A program made the position numbers and the translations under genes. The notes under the pieces were generated by a model, which was given only the letters and a program-made list of their open reading frames with translations, was not told where the DNA came from and did not search any database. Shown piece after piece: positions 1 to 10,683 of a stretch of DNA of 64,000 nt (the stretch's first letter is position 1; each line of letters begins with the position of its first letter). The stretch is from Microthyrium microscopicum. Lineage: Eukaryota. Where the stretch lies: assembly GCA_010405405.1 (NCBI GenBank), contig MU004235.1:1564538-1628537 (forward strand). The letters are read 5' to 3'.

Positions 1-899
1 CTTCTGTAAGATGCAGTTGACGTATGGCTACGAGCTTTAATCTGATCACTGGCTTCCCATCGGCGGCGAAGGCGACCACGATGTCTTATGACAGAAGTAT
101 ACCTACTTTTCCATCTTAATCATTATATTGAGCGAATACTTATTCACTCGATGAAAACAAAAAACCAATTAGGCGATCGTGGTACATGCATTCCATCCAT
201 TTTTGTCGGTCATGACGAACCCAGGAGTTGCTCATGCTCCAAAGCCGCCAGGATGCGAATCGTTGAAGCGTAGTAGTTAGTAGTGTGTGCCAACACAAGG
301 CGATATTTCAGTCAACTATACTTTGGCTCAAATCCAATTCAGTTTAGTGCTCATCCTCTGCTTGGCCGCCATCAACTTTACTCATGATTAAAATTTTGGC
401 ATTTCAGTTTGCTCGTGCTCAACCCTGTCATTATTCCACGTTTGGGTCCTATTTATACTTAGTATAGAACTTTAGATTAATATTCCAAAGGATGCTGCCA
501 CGGTTTGCTCATATCCGCATGTGACAAATCACTCCTCGTCCTTGTCAGTTGTCTTATTATGTCACTTTATGTGGTCTTTGCAATGTAAAAACTGGATCTA
601 AAAATAGTCCAACGGCTTCGCACCGCACCGTCCCGACGCTTGGAAACGGGACGAGCTTGCAGGCTGTCCGCGAGTCAGGATGCCAATAAAAACGATCGTT
701 CTTATTGGCTATCCCATCGTACCTTTTGCGCCACTGTCTCATCTCGAAAGGCACTGATTTCACGTTACATCTGCCAAGTGCTTGTCATCCTCCTTTCCCC
801 CTCCTGAGCTTTTGAATGGAGCAAGCATGCGATATCACTTTGTAGACAGCTGAAGCAAAGCAAGCGCTTGAGCCATTTGGTGGAGCGACAGACATCAAG

Positions 900-2093
900 A
901 TGACTATTATTCCAAAGAGTCGATTTTACCTCAGCCTGATACTTTACATGTTTGTGTGGTGTCAACGGACCCTGGCACAAAGCGATTGCCCGTCAGAAGA
1001 CCTTCTCGTTTACTCTCCTTTCAAACCATGGTTTTCATTTTATCAAGGATCAAGCCAAAGATGCTGGTCAGCCGCCATATGTTTATTCCAAGCAGCCGAT
1101 GAAGCAAGGAAGCAGCAATTCTCAGCAACTGCACTGATCATGGGACTGCTCCCGTTGACCCTAAAGGATATCGCTTGGCCTGAACGTAGACTTGTTCCAG
1201 TATCCCACCGATTACCAGTGTTGGCCGAGATTTTGGTTCGGGCGCTTAGTCTTGAACCTGTTGAAGTACATGGCAAAAATGAAGCAGAGAAACGGACAAT
1301 GACCGAGAGCTGGTTGACAATACATTCACCCAGCCTGGCTGATTGGGTTTGGAATCTGGAACAGAAGAGAATATTGTTCTACGTGGCGGGATCAACCCTC
1401 TCTCTGCTCCTTACATATGCCGCACTGGTGCTGGTGGAAGTCTATTCGAAACGCTCATCGCTCGGCTGCATATATCCAGCCTTCATTTTGACTTGGTACA
1501 TCGTAGCTCTCTTACCAGCTACAATTCACACACTGCTATCAAAACTGCGACATTCGAAACAGAAAAGAAAAGCCAAAGGCATTTTGGAAGCCAACCTCAA
1601 CATAGTCACTGCAGACACACCAATGACACCACACCCAAACGATGTTGAAAGCGCTGGTGCAATAGTTTCTGTGATCAGCGAGCCAAGTTCATATCCTCGT
1701 AAGACCCATTCAACGCCTCTCGGGGCTCGCGATATCAAGAACCAAAACATCACACTGGCAGATCCAAGGACTTTGAGCCAAAACGGACAAAACAAGAGTC
1801 TCACTCGATCCCAGATAGCATCTGCCGTACAGGGAGCCGAAGAGTGGTGGATAGTCCAGCTCGTGTGGGCGATCTACTATATTGCTGGAACACTTGTTTT
1901 TACTTCCATCATGGCAGTCACGGTCATCGAACTGTTTGTTTGGGTCATGACTGGCTTTGCAGTAACTGGAGCAAGTAAACTGCTGGCGCTCTTGCTTTGT
2001 ATGTCGTTCGAGGTTACCGGAGAGAGTCGACCACGATTCATACAGCAGGAAGGATCTACCAGTCAATTGAAAGACACGATAAATAAAAGGTGA
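900..2093 (+). CDS. Hypothetical multi-pass membrane protein with probable signal peptide
   Basis: 397-aa ORF with a hydrophobic N-terminus (FYLSLILYMFVWCQRTLA) and several TM-like segments. No family recognised. Confidence 0.7.
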   Translation: MTIIPKSRFYLSLILYMFVWCQRTLAQSDCPSEDLLVYSPFKPWFSFYQGSSQRCWSAAICLFQAADEARKQQFSATALIMGLLPLTLKDIAWPERRLVPVSHRLPVLAEILVRALSLEPVEVHGKNEAEKRTMTESWLTIHSPSLADWVWNLEQKRILFYVAGSTLSLLLTYAALVLVEVYSKRSSLGCIYPAFILTWYIVALLPATIHTLLSKLRHSKQKRKAKGILEANLNIVTADTPMTPHPNDVESAGAIVSVISEPSSYPRKTHSTPLGARDIKNQNITLADPRTLSQNGQNKSLTRSQIASAVQGAEEWWIVQLVWAIYYIAGTLVFTSIMAVTVIELFVWVMTGFAVTGASKLLALLLCMSFEVTGESRPRFIQQEGSTSQLKDTINKR

Positions 2094-2586
2094 GGTTGTG
2101 CCAGACCTCGTAAACAGCGAGGCAGAGTGATTGGAGTTATTCCATCAATTCTGGTAGCTGCCACCAATAATGTTAAACAAAAGATGCTTTATTTCCCACT
2201 GGCCTCTATGGTAAACACAGCACTGAATAAAAGATGTTGCGTCCGGGAGCCAACGAGGCTGATGGGAGCTCGCAATTATTTTGTCGACCCTTTGGTCGTC
2301 CTAGGTGCTATTCTACAGGTACCAAACTTTCAAATGTCTTCGCTTTTCTACGAATTTGTGGTACGATGTGTTCCCACTCTACCAAAACATCTGTTCTTTC
2401 CAACAAGTGCCCTTAAAAAGTCAATCTTTCTATCTTAATATCTCATTCCGTCAGTTTTGTTCTGAGCCTTGTTTTAAAATCTGCCAATATCCGGTCTCAC
2501 ACGCGCCGTTCCCTTCCCATTCAAGCTCCCTATAACTTCCTTGACAACAACCTCGCGGTTCATTTGCTCTGACTACCTACTCAGCC

Positions 2587-3669
2587 ATGGCTGCTCGAAC
2601 TAATCCCCATCCCACAAATTATCCTGAATTTCCAACAAATCACGATGACCCACCCTCAGTACTGCCCTGTATCAAACCATCATCTGGCCTTGTACAAGAA
2701 CCCAACAGCAAAAAGCCACAAGGAAATGCCGGTTTTCTGGATTACTTGCCCCTCGAGATGATCCAGATGATACTCCTGCATTTCGATATCCAATCTATCA
2801 CTCATTTCGAGTCTTTCAATCCTCACACCAAAGATCTCGTACAATCTCTCCTAGAATATCGCGCCATAGTCAAACACGCATCCAAAGCACTGCATCAGAT
2901 CCTAGCCATCGAATCCGGCGAGTATATCACATTGCAAACCCTCTACACCAAACTATGCACCGCCAAATGCGAGTCCTGTGGACACTTCGCCAGCAACCTC
3001 TATCTCATCACCTGCAAACGAGTCTGCGACTCCTGCTTCAAATCAAAGACAAAATGGTACCCAAACCCATGCTCATTAGCCGAAGACATACTTGGCCTCA
3101 GCCCAGCCCAAATAGCCACCCTTCCGAAATTTCACAGCCCACAACGTTCCAGCAGATACCAGCTCCGAGCCACAACATTCCAATGGTACGCCGACCGCGA
3201 AGCTGCGTATGATATCGCCATAAAGTCCGGCAAATTTAGCCCACTGTCCCTCAAACCGCCCATATTCGACTCGGTGTATGGGATTGGGATGGAGTACTAT
3301 GTAGCGCCACGATGCCGCACTGCCGGCCGGCGGTTACCAATACGATATGACGCATTAATAGATGTGCCGTGGCTAAATAGGAAGACGAATAAGGGAGAGC
3401 ACGGAATGTACTGTCCGAGATGTAACCGTACCAATGGCCCCAGTGGTTTGGAACTTCGTCGGCTCTTGACTGATTATTATGAAAATAAGGATCTTGGGGT
3501 TGCGCAAGTACGGGTTATTCTACGGGAATCAGAGGAAAAAAGAATCCTGGGACTTTCGCCTAGGTGGCCTCAGTGGCGCAAGTACGCGAAGATGAGTTTG
3601 CTGGATCATCTGTGGGAACACGATGGGCTGGACCGCTTGTCGACGGAAGAGAGAAAGAGAAATGGATGA
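2587..3669 (+). CDS. F-box domain protein with Cys-rich (CxxC) putative Zn-binding segments
   Basis: F-box-like LDYLPLEMIQMILLHFDIQSI followed by CESC..C..VCDSC and CPRC, the layout of a common fungal F-box family. Confidence 0.8.
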   Translation: MAARTNPHPTNYPEFPTNHDDPPSVLPCIKPSSGLVQEPNSKKPQGNAGFLDYLPLEMIQMILLHFDIQSITHFESFNPHTKDLVQSLLEYRAIVKHASKALHQILAIESGEYITLQTLYTKLCTAKCESCGHFASNLYLITCKRVCDSCFKSKTKWYPNPCSLAEDILGLSPAQIATLPKFHSPQRSSRYQLRATTFQWYADREAAYDIAIKSGKFSPLSLKPPIFDSVYGIGMEYYVAPRCRTAGRRLPIRYDALIDVPWLNRKTNKGEHGMYCPRCNRTNGPSGLELRRLLTDYYENKDLGVAQVRVILRESEEKRILGLSPRWPQWRKYAKMSLLDHLWEHDGLDRLSTEERKRNG

Positions 3670-4265
3670 GTGTTTCATTCACGAGCACTATAAGACGACA
3701 GCTCAAACCAATGGATATGATGGATGGCGGGATCCCATTAGCTGCAAGTCCTTTGGCACTAGCTGTCCACGATTTGGTACCAACTGCTTTGTTTCCCATT
3801 AAGTATTACGAAGGAATTGCGGATTATCGACCAAAATGGCAATTTAAAAAAATCGCTTTGGATAAGTTGCGCCGGTTGCTATCGCACTTCATGGGAACGT
3901 AACATTATTTTGTCAAGCAGTGGCTCGTTAGCACCCTCGATACCGTAATCAACAAGGCAAGGTTTGTGACTCGACGCTTATTCTCATCGTAAGGTGCGAT
4001 GGGAATTATCGTAATCGATGAGCCCGCCACCTAACTTCGTCGCCCGTAGACCCTAACTCATGCTATAAAGTCGAATGAATGTTCAGTGCAGAGGATAGGA
4101 AACTCAAGATAAGACAGTTTTAGATATTATATTACGTTCATTACTAACAAATCTAAACGCTCCAAAGCCAAAACGCCATGCCACCCATTCATACAATCAT
4201 CACAATACTCAAGACATTATCACCAACCACCTTTTCAACAGCCTATTTCTCATGCGTTCAATAGC

Positions 4266-6113
4266 TTATTTCGCCGAGAACTTGGATCGCTGGCGCAATG
4301 TACTTCCATAGTACCAGAGTGCATACAATCCAATACAACAGCCCACAATCAACCCGCCCAGCAATGACACACCACGGTCCACTCCTAGATTTCCAAACAA
4401 AGGACGCGAGAAGTGGATGGCACCAGTAGCCAAGCTTGATCGCACAAAATCATTGCCGGCGAAAAGGGAGGCAGCGTATTGTGGATATGTCAATGGCAGG
4501 AAGACAAAAATGCATTGGATGACGATGAATATGCCCACTGTGAATATCGTGATTCCAATCGTCGGCACAATCCAGTGGATATCTTCCCGACTAGTCCAGC
4601 CGAAGATGAATAGGCCAGCGGGACAGAACCAAGTGACGACAAGGGCTGGGATGAGACGTCGTTCGGGGGCTCCGATGCCGTTGGCTTTCATGTCAGGAAC
4701 GACGTACCAGTACAGCCAGGACCAGTATGTGGCGATAGCAATGATGACTCCGACGGTGATGGAGAGGAAGGCGAGGCCAGATTCGCCGAGGTTGAAGCCG
4801 TAAATGTCGTTGTAAACGAGTGGGAAGGCTTCGAAGAAGGAATAGTAGATTCCGTAGATCAGCGCAGTGTAGAGGGCAGTGAAACCGACTGCTGGATCGA
4901 GGAACATCATTTGGAGTGGTCGGTACAAGTTCTCGAGGATGAGGGCGGAGATGCTCATGTTCGCTTGGTCGATCTCGGATTGCGCTTTGAGGTTCTGGTT
5001 GCCTGTTGCAGCGCGGAGGCGGCGCGCGCGGTGGAGCAGGATGGTGGAGGGGTTTGTTTCGGGAAGGAAGAAGAACATTGCGATGAAGACTGGGCCGGCG
5101 AGCCAGAGCATTTCCCACATGGACCAGCGCCAGTTCTCAGCGGCAACGGAGAAGCCGGAGATGATGGGACCAAAGGCTGGTCCGCAGGTTGCGGCGAGGG
5201 CCCAAAGGCAGACGGCGAAGGGGAGATAGAGGAGGCTGTACATGTCTTGGAGAGATGCGCCGCCTGTAGCAAGACATGGCGAGCCGAAGAATCCTTGAAG
5301 AAATCGGAGCACGACCAGACCTGGGAAGTTGTTTACCAATGCGGTTGGGACACAGAGAATGACGAAGATGGCGAATGTGAAAACGTATGGTGGATTACGA
5401 CCGATGGAAGGAATCTCTGAAAGAGGGGACCAGAGCATGGGGCCTAGACCATAGGCCAAAACGTACATTGAGAGACCCATTGAAGCCAATTGAACGTTGA
5501 CGCCAAATTGTTCTATGATGCCTTGTTCTGAAGGAGCATAGATGGAGGATCCCATATACACAGCGGTAGTGTACAAGCAAATGATTAGAGTAACCCAGAG
5601 CTTCTTACTCAGTTTCCAGTTTTGTGGGTTTTCTGGATCGTCTGTCGTATACCAATCCACCAAAATGGTGCCGTCGTCAAGTCGATCCGGGACAATAGGT
5701 CTACTTGGTCCCTTTTCGGCAATGGCGAGAGAGAGTTGCTGTTCTAGATCGCGCTGGGAGCTCGATCGACTGAGAGCAGTTCTACTACCCACTCGTTCGA
5801 TCTGTCCGCGCTGAGTTCGTTGGGTGTGCATTTCTTCTAGGTGAGGGCCTTCTGCCGGTACAGTGACCCTCTTTTCCAAGTCGGTTGGCTCGGACGAGTT
5901 AGTTTCTGCTTCTTCCACAGGCTCTTTGTCGACCTTTTCGGCGTCTCCAGAAACGCTTGGCGAAGGTTCGGAAAATGGGGTATCCATGGCCGATTTGTTG
6001 GAGTAGGTGTGTGGGCATTCAAAATCTGGCTTCTCTTCTGGATATTGAAGAACTTTGTTTTTGGTGAGATAGCGGATGGCCTGGCCGACGGGAGCATCGC
6101 GAATCCACTCCAT
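4266..6113 (-). CDS. MFS multidrug transporter, DHA1 family (Flr1/Mdr1-like)
   Basis: 615-aa intronless ORF with ~12 TM segments and the DHA1 motifs VDWYTTDDPENPQNW, GPMLWSPLSE..GR, RFLQGFFGSPCLATGGAS, LPET and PERRL. Confidence 0.92.
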   Translation of the reverse strand: MEWIRDAPVGQAIRYLTKNKVLQYPEEKPDFECPHTYSNKSAMDTPFSEPSPSVSGDAEKVDKEPVEEAETNSSEPTDLEKRVTVPAEGPHLEEMHTQRTQRGQIERVGSRTALSRSSSQRDLEQQLSLAIAEKGPSRPIVPDRLDDGTILVDWYTTDDPENPQNWKLSKKLWVTLIICLYTTAVYMGSSIYAPSEQGIIEQFGVNVQLASMGLSMYVLAYGLGPMLWSPLSEIPSIGRNPPYVFTFAIFVILCVPTALVNNFPGLVVLRFLQGFFGSPCLATGGASLQDMYSLLYLPFAVCLWALAATCGPAFGPIISGFSVAAENWRWSMWEMLWLAGPVFIAMFFFLPETNPSTILLHRARRLRAATGNQNLKAQSEIDQANMSISALILENLYRPLQMMFLDPAVGFTALYTALIYGIYYSFFEAFPLVYNDIYGFNLGESGLAFLSITVGVIIAIATYWSWLYWYVVPDMKANGIGAPERRLIPALVVTWFCPAGLFIFGWTSREDIHWIVPTIGITIFTVGIFIVIQCIFVFLPLTYPQYAASLFAGNDFVRSSLATGAIHFSRPLFGNLGVDRGVSLLGGLIVGCCIGLYALWYYGSTLRQRSKFSAK

Positions 6114-7957
6114 GGCAAAGGTTTTGAAAAGTGATCAAGCGGTGTGTGATGTGTTGAGATAGAGAGGTGTTGTGGTTGATACTTGGTATGCAGGAAGCCT
6201 TGTTGGTGTTGGCAGATGGTATGAGGAAGGATTGATTGAGTTGAAAACAAGAAGGAGAAAACGAGGCGGGAGCTCAAAAGAGTTTAAATAGTGCAACTGA
6301 TAAAAGGAGCTCCATTGACTACTACTAGCATATCTTCTTTAATAATGCCATAAAGTCCGATTAAGCTACAGGTATGGTGGTGTACCTTTGGGTTAGCTCC
6401 AGGAGCTTGTGAGCTGCAAGCTTGAGCACTCAAATGACAAAAAGAGGGATGACAAATGTTTAGATCCTGGACATGGAGTGGATCGCCAACAATCGCGTTT
6501 TCTAACCATCCGTCCCAAAAGCCCGCCGGACGGCGGGACTTTTCTCACTACTATTTTGCCAAGATGGGATAACCTTGATTCAGAATCTTCCATGATTCTG
6601 ACTGATGCAAATGCGCGTATTTACGCCTTATCCGGGTGGCTCCAAGAGATATTCAGAATGGCTTATGGGCTCATAACGTTAGGTTACGAAAGTTGCCGAC
6701 ATCCATGTCACGGAGAATGTGTGAAAAGCGAGCGAACAGAGGGTGGCCTGTCGTACAAAGGCCATTGATGACTGAATTGAACCCAAATCGATTGTGATCT
6801 TGATTCATGATTCTTGATACCTACGATAGAGAAGTGTGTCGCAGACTCGCAAGTCGCAACAGGGGAAAATGCGACATCAGGGACAAATAATTGACAATGG
6901 GCAGATACGTCACCATCAGTCAGCTTTTCCTGCCTTCTGATTGGTTTCGCTTAGTCTATCCCAATTCCCAAATCCCCAACTGCATGTCTGCAACAAACCG
7001 ACACTGATTTGCAGGAGACTAAACAAACTAAAATCGAAAGAACATGCAACTTGATTGATAAATGAGCCACCAAATAAGCCAAGAACATTTAGTCGGCATA
7101 AAACTGTGTATCGTGCTGCTCTAGTTGATGTCGATGCTCCAAGCCAGTGAAGCCACTATTATTGAAGATTAGGAAACAATCGCGAAGTCCCAATTAGGTC
7201 TAGCTCAGCCGCTGCAAAGACTAAAGTCCATTTATCTCCAGACTGTCCTCCACCTCAAGCTCGTGAGCTCCTCCAACCAACATCAAGATCATCACATCAT
7301 CAAAGTTTTAGCTTTGCCACTAGTACTTGCAACCTCTAGTGGATCTTCAACCAAAATGATTGATAAAGCTCTGCCGATCTGCATGATTGTTGAGAACTTG
7401 AGATTCCCAATGTTCTTTACATTCTACATAGTCGGACGAATGTTTCCCCAGCTCTCATTATCAAGCTTTTCAACAGCTAATATCCGCCTCGCCCATCACC
7501 TCCAGCTACCGGTAGCTCAATCACCTGGACACTTATTAAATGGTACCGACTCCGACTCCGATTCTCATGCTTCGACGTGTGCGATGCCTCTAGACGAGAA
7601 TTATCTGTAGACTTTGTTTTTGTCTTTGATCTTTGCGGTCATCAGATTATTTTCAGAAGTATGAAAAGACCTCAGGAATTCCTATACTATCGCCACAATG
7701 ACAAATGGAAGAAAAGACACCAAAAAGTGGTCTGTGAATTCTTTCTCCGACCAATTTGACCGGATTGTAAGTTATGCATTCTTGCATTTTCTTTTTAAAT
7801 TAAAAATCGAACCAATATACTGGTAATCAGTTTGAATAGAAAGACAACACGCTCCAAGCAAAAAACTTCTCCGTATCATACACTAAAGCACTGAACAGAG
7901 ATATTGAAATACCTTTTTCACACACCAACATGGAACATCATGGTGGCTACCAGGCCA

Positions 7958-9065
7958 TCAGTGATGTCCATGTTCCATATGCTTCATCTCCATATGCTTG
8001 GACTCCGTATTCTTGGAATCCGTATGCTTCATGTTCATGTTCATACCCGTCCTCCCACCAACATGTTTCGGCGCTTTCACCGCCGTACTCCCATTAAATC
8101 TCTCAGTCGCCCAGTCTCTGATCTTCCCCCAGTTCCTACATACATGCGGTCTATTGGTGTCGATATAGCTCATGCCTAAACCCTCAAACCATCTACTAGG
8201 AATAGGCGTCAAGTCCGCATGGCACATGAGTGATTGTCGAATCGCATCAAAGCAGTGGTTGCGATGCAGAATGGGGTCTACGTGTTCGTGGTGCCCGTGT
8301 TTACTGTTCTTGTAGCGATCTGGATGAAGTTCTTGCCGGATGAAGTTGAGACAGTGGAGAAGATGTAACACATCAAGGCCGCCTACGTAGCCGCCATCGC
8401 CATGCTCTTTGAATTGTTGGTAGTTTGGACCCCATGATTCTCGGGCTTCTTGCTCTGTCATTTCAAAGTAACGGCCTGAGGGTGATTGTTAGTCTGGTAT
8501 TTATGATGAAGCCAAGGGAGGGAGCGAAAGCTTCGAGTGCGATGTAACCAAGAGCCAAGTACGAGGGCTTTTGATGCATGGCACGATCATCTTGGAGGAT
8601 TTTACAGGACTTACCTCCAATAGTATCCATCCAATTATCATCAAGCTCATCATTCGCCTCACCAATAAATCTTCTCTCATTGGGATCAAGAATCAGTGAT
8701 CCGACTCCTTCCTTGGTCCAGGTAGGCGTTCCCCAAAACATTTTAGTTTCTATTGAGATTTGTGATCTTGCACCTGCTATTTCCGTCGAGAACCCTTCTT
8801 CAAAAGACCCCAAAGAAGAGGAGGCCGATGAAGAAGCTGCAGATATTGTTTTGGAGACTGTCGGAGTAAAATACAACCAAACAGTTAAGCTGAAGAAAAT
8901 TATGTTTGATATCCAAAGAAATGTCGTTGATTTCCACCACCCCTTTCGCTGTGGTCTGATGACTTGATTTTCGTCATCTTGATTTTTCTCCATCAAGGGA
9001 TCATCTTCCACCTGGCTGTAATTCCATGATTTATACCAGCGAGGGAGTGATGAAAGCATAGCCAT
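7958..9065 (-). CDS. UstYa-family / DUF3328 oxidase (~322 aa; exons 9065-8615 and 8475-7958)
   Basis: N-terminal TM anchor (FLWISNIIFFSLTVWLYF), two HxxHC motifs (DVLHLLHCLNFIRQ; HRNHCFDAIRQSLMCHADLTP) and a distal HVCRNW. A GT..CTAAC..CAG intron at 8614-8476 joins the two listed ORFs in frame. Confidence 0.93.
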
Positions 9066-10581
9066 CAGTTTGTTGAGAAAAATTATCGTACAGCAAGCAA
9101 GTGAGAAGGGAAACAAAAAAAATGGATCAAGTGGAAAAGGAGGACTTGGCCAACTGGTGATGCAGATTATATCACTTGGCCCCCATTATCTGATAGACTT
9201 TTACTTCAATTTCCCGGTAAATGGTACAACTTCTCTGACATTTCGGTAGACCAAGATCACCAACAATCTAGACCGGAATATTTCAATCTGTGTTTTGATG
9301 CATCGGGGTCTTGATTCTTCCGGCTGGTATAATAATATTTTTACTATATTGCTCTGACGATACTCAGCTATAAATAATTGTAATCCAAAGTTCTGGGCAT
9401 GAAAAACTTAGAGTAGTTTGTGGAGATCAAAGTAGTTCGCCATTTGATTAAGAGATGAGAACAGCCTGAACAGGTCAGCCCTCACCGAAATGATCTGGGG
9501 AAGATATAGATTGTAAAGCAAACACATCAAACAATGCCAAGTGAGTTTAATGAGCATTGGCGCCAATCGGCTGCTGGCAAAGCAATATTAGTACGAACTT
9601 TGATATATAATACCTGAAAAAGTTACCTAATATTAAGGTTAAAGATATTTGTCTAAATTCTTAATACGTATTGCCAAGAAAGCCAAGTATCGTAGTTAAA
9701 GTGTAGTAGTGTATGGCCAAGAAAAGCCAAGGGAAAGTAGGGTATTCGATATCAAATAACCGAACTGTCGTTCGTATATGTGTATATGTGCTAAAGGGCA
9801 GAGGTATTCATGGAATGCCCAATGTGCCTATACGTGGCCACACACCAGGCTCGTGGAAAGGAGAAAGCGTTCGTAGGATGATGGAGAATGATGCCAAAAA
9901 AGCTTATACGAACTTTCCAAGTATCACCAGAATGTCCAAGAAAAAGAGGGCTGCTTAGATATAAGTATCAGACATCAGAGTTGGCCCCAATAATGACGGG
10001 TGTTTGGAATGTATTCGCGTCGCCACTCAGACTGGTTATAGCTCAATATAAATTAGTACAACGGGTGATCACCCCTGAGTGACTCTTAAAAGTATGTGAA
10101 CCATATTCAAATGTGTCTCTTTGCAAGCCCTGGGGTCTGTCGCCATCAAGGACCAACCGAGCCGACACCATCCACAGATTAAGAGGCCAAGCCGAGTAAA
10201 AGCTGTCAATTCTCATCAAAATGAGAGTACCAAGACGGAAAAGACGGTACTTATATCATTAAAAATAGAAATAGTTGGTCACAGACTAACTTTGCCATCC
10301 GGAGACCTGTCTCAATCACTGCCTGATTTAGACACAGGTACGAGTACTCATTTCTACGCTAGCATATTGATGTATTCTTCCATGAATCGGTGTTGAGAAT
10401 CATTAATCTATGTGTTGTTTATGACAGTTATGCGAATTTGATGAGGCTTCATCATCATCATTCCGAAAGGTCTCCAAGAACCTCGTGCTCATTGAACGGA
10501 GTGAAGCATAGTAGTCCAAATTACCTCCGTCAGCATTACCTTCACGATATTAAGGCACTGTTTACTAGAACCTCAAAAGCG

Positions 10582-10587
10582 TATAAA
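10582..10587 (+). promoter_or_regulatory. Putative TATA box of the repeat-precursor gene
   Basis: TATAAA ~100 nt upstream of ATG 10684, which sits in a good context (TCAAAATG). Confidence 0.45.
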
Positions 10588-10683
10588 GAGACACATCTTC
10601 CCGCAGGATCATACTTTCTCATCATCACAACTTACAACTTAGTACTTCTATTAAACTTAGTCACTCACTTAACAACCTTCAAA

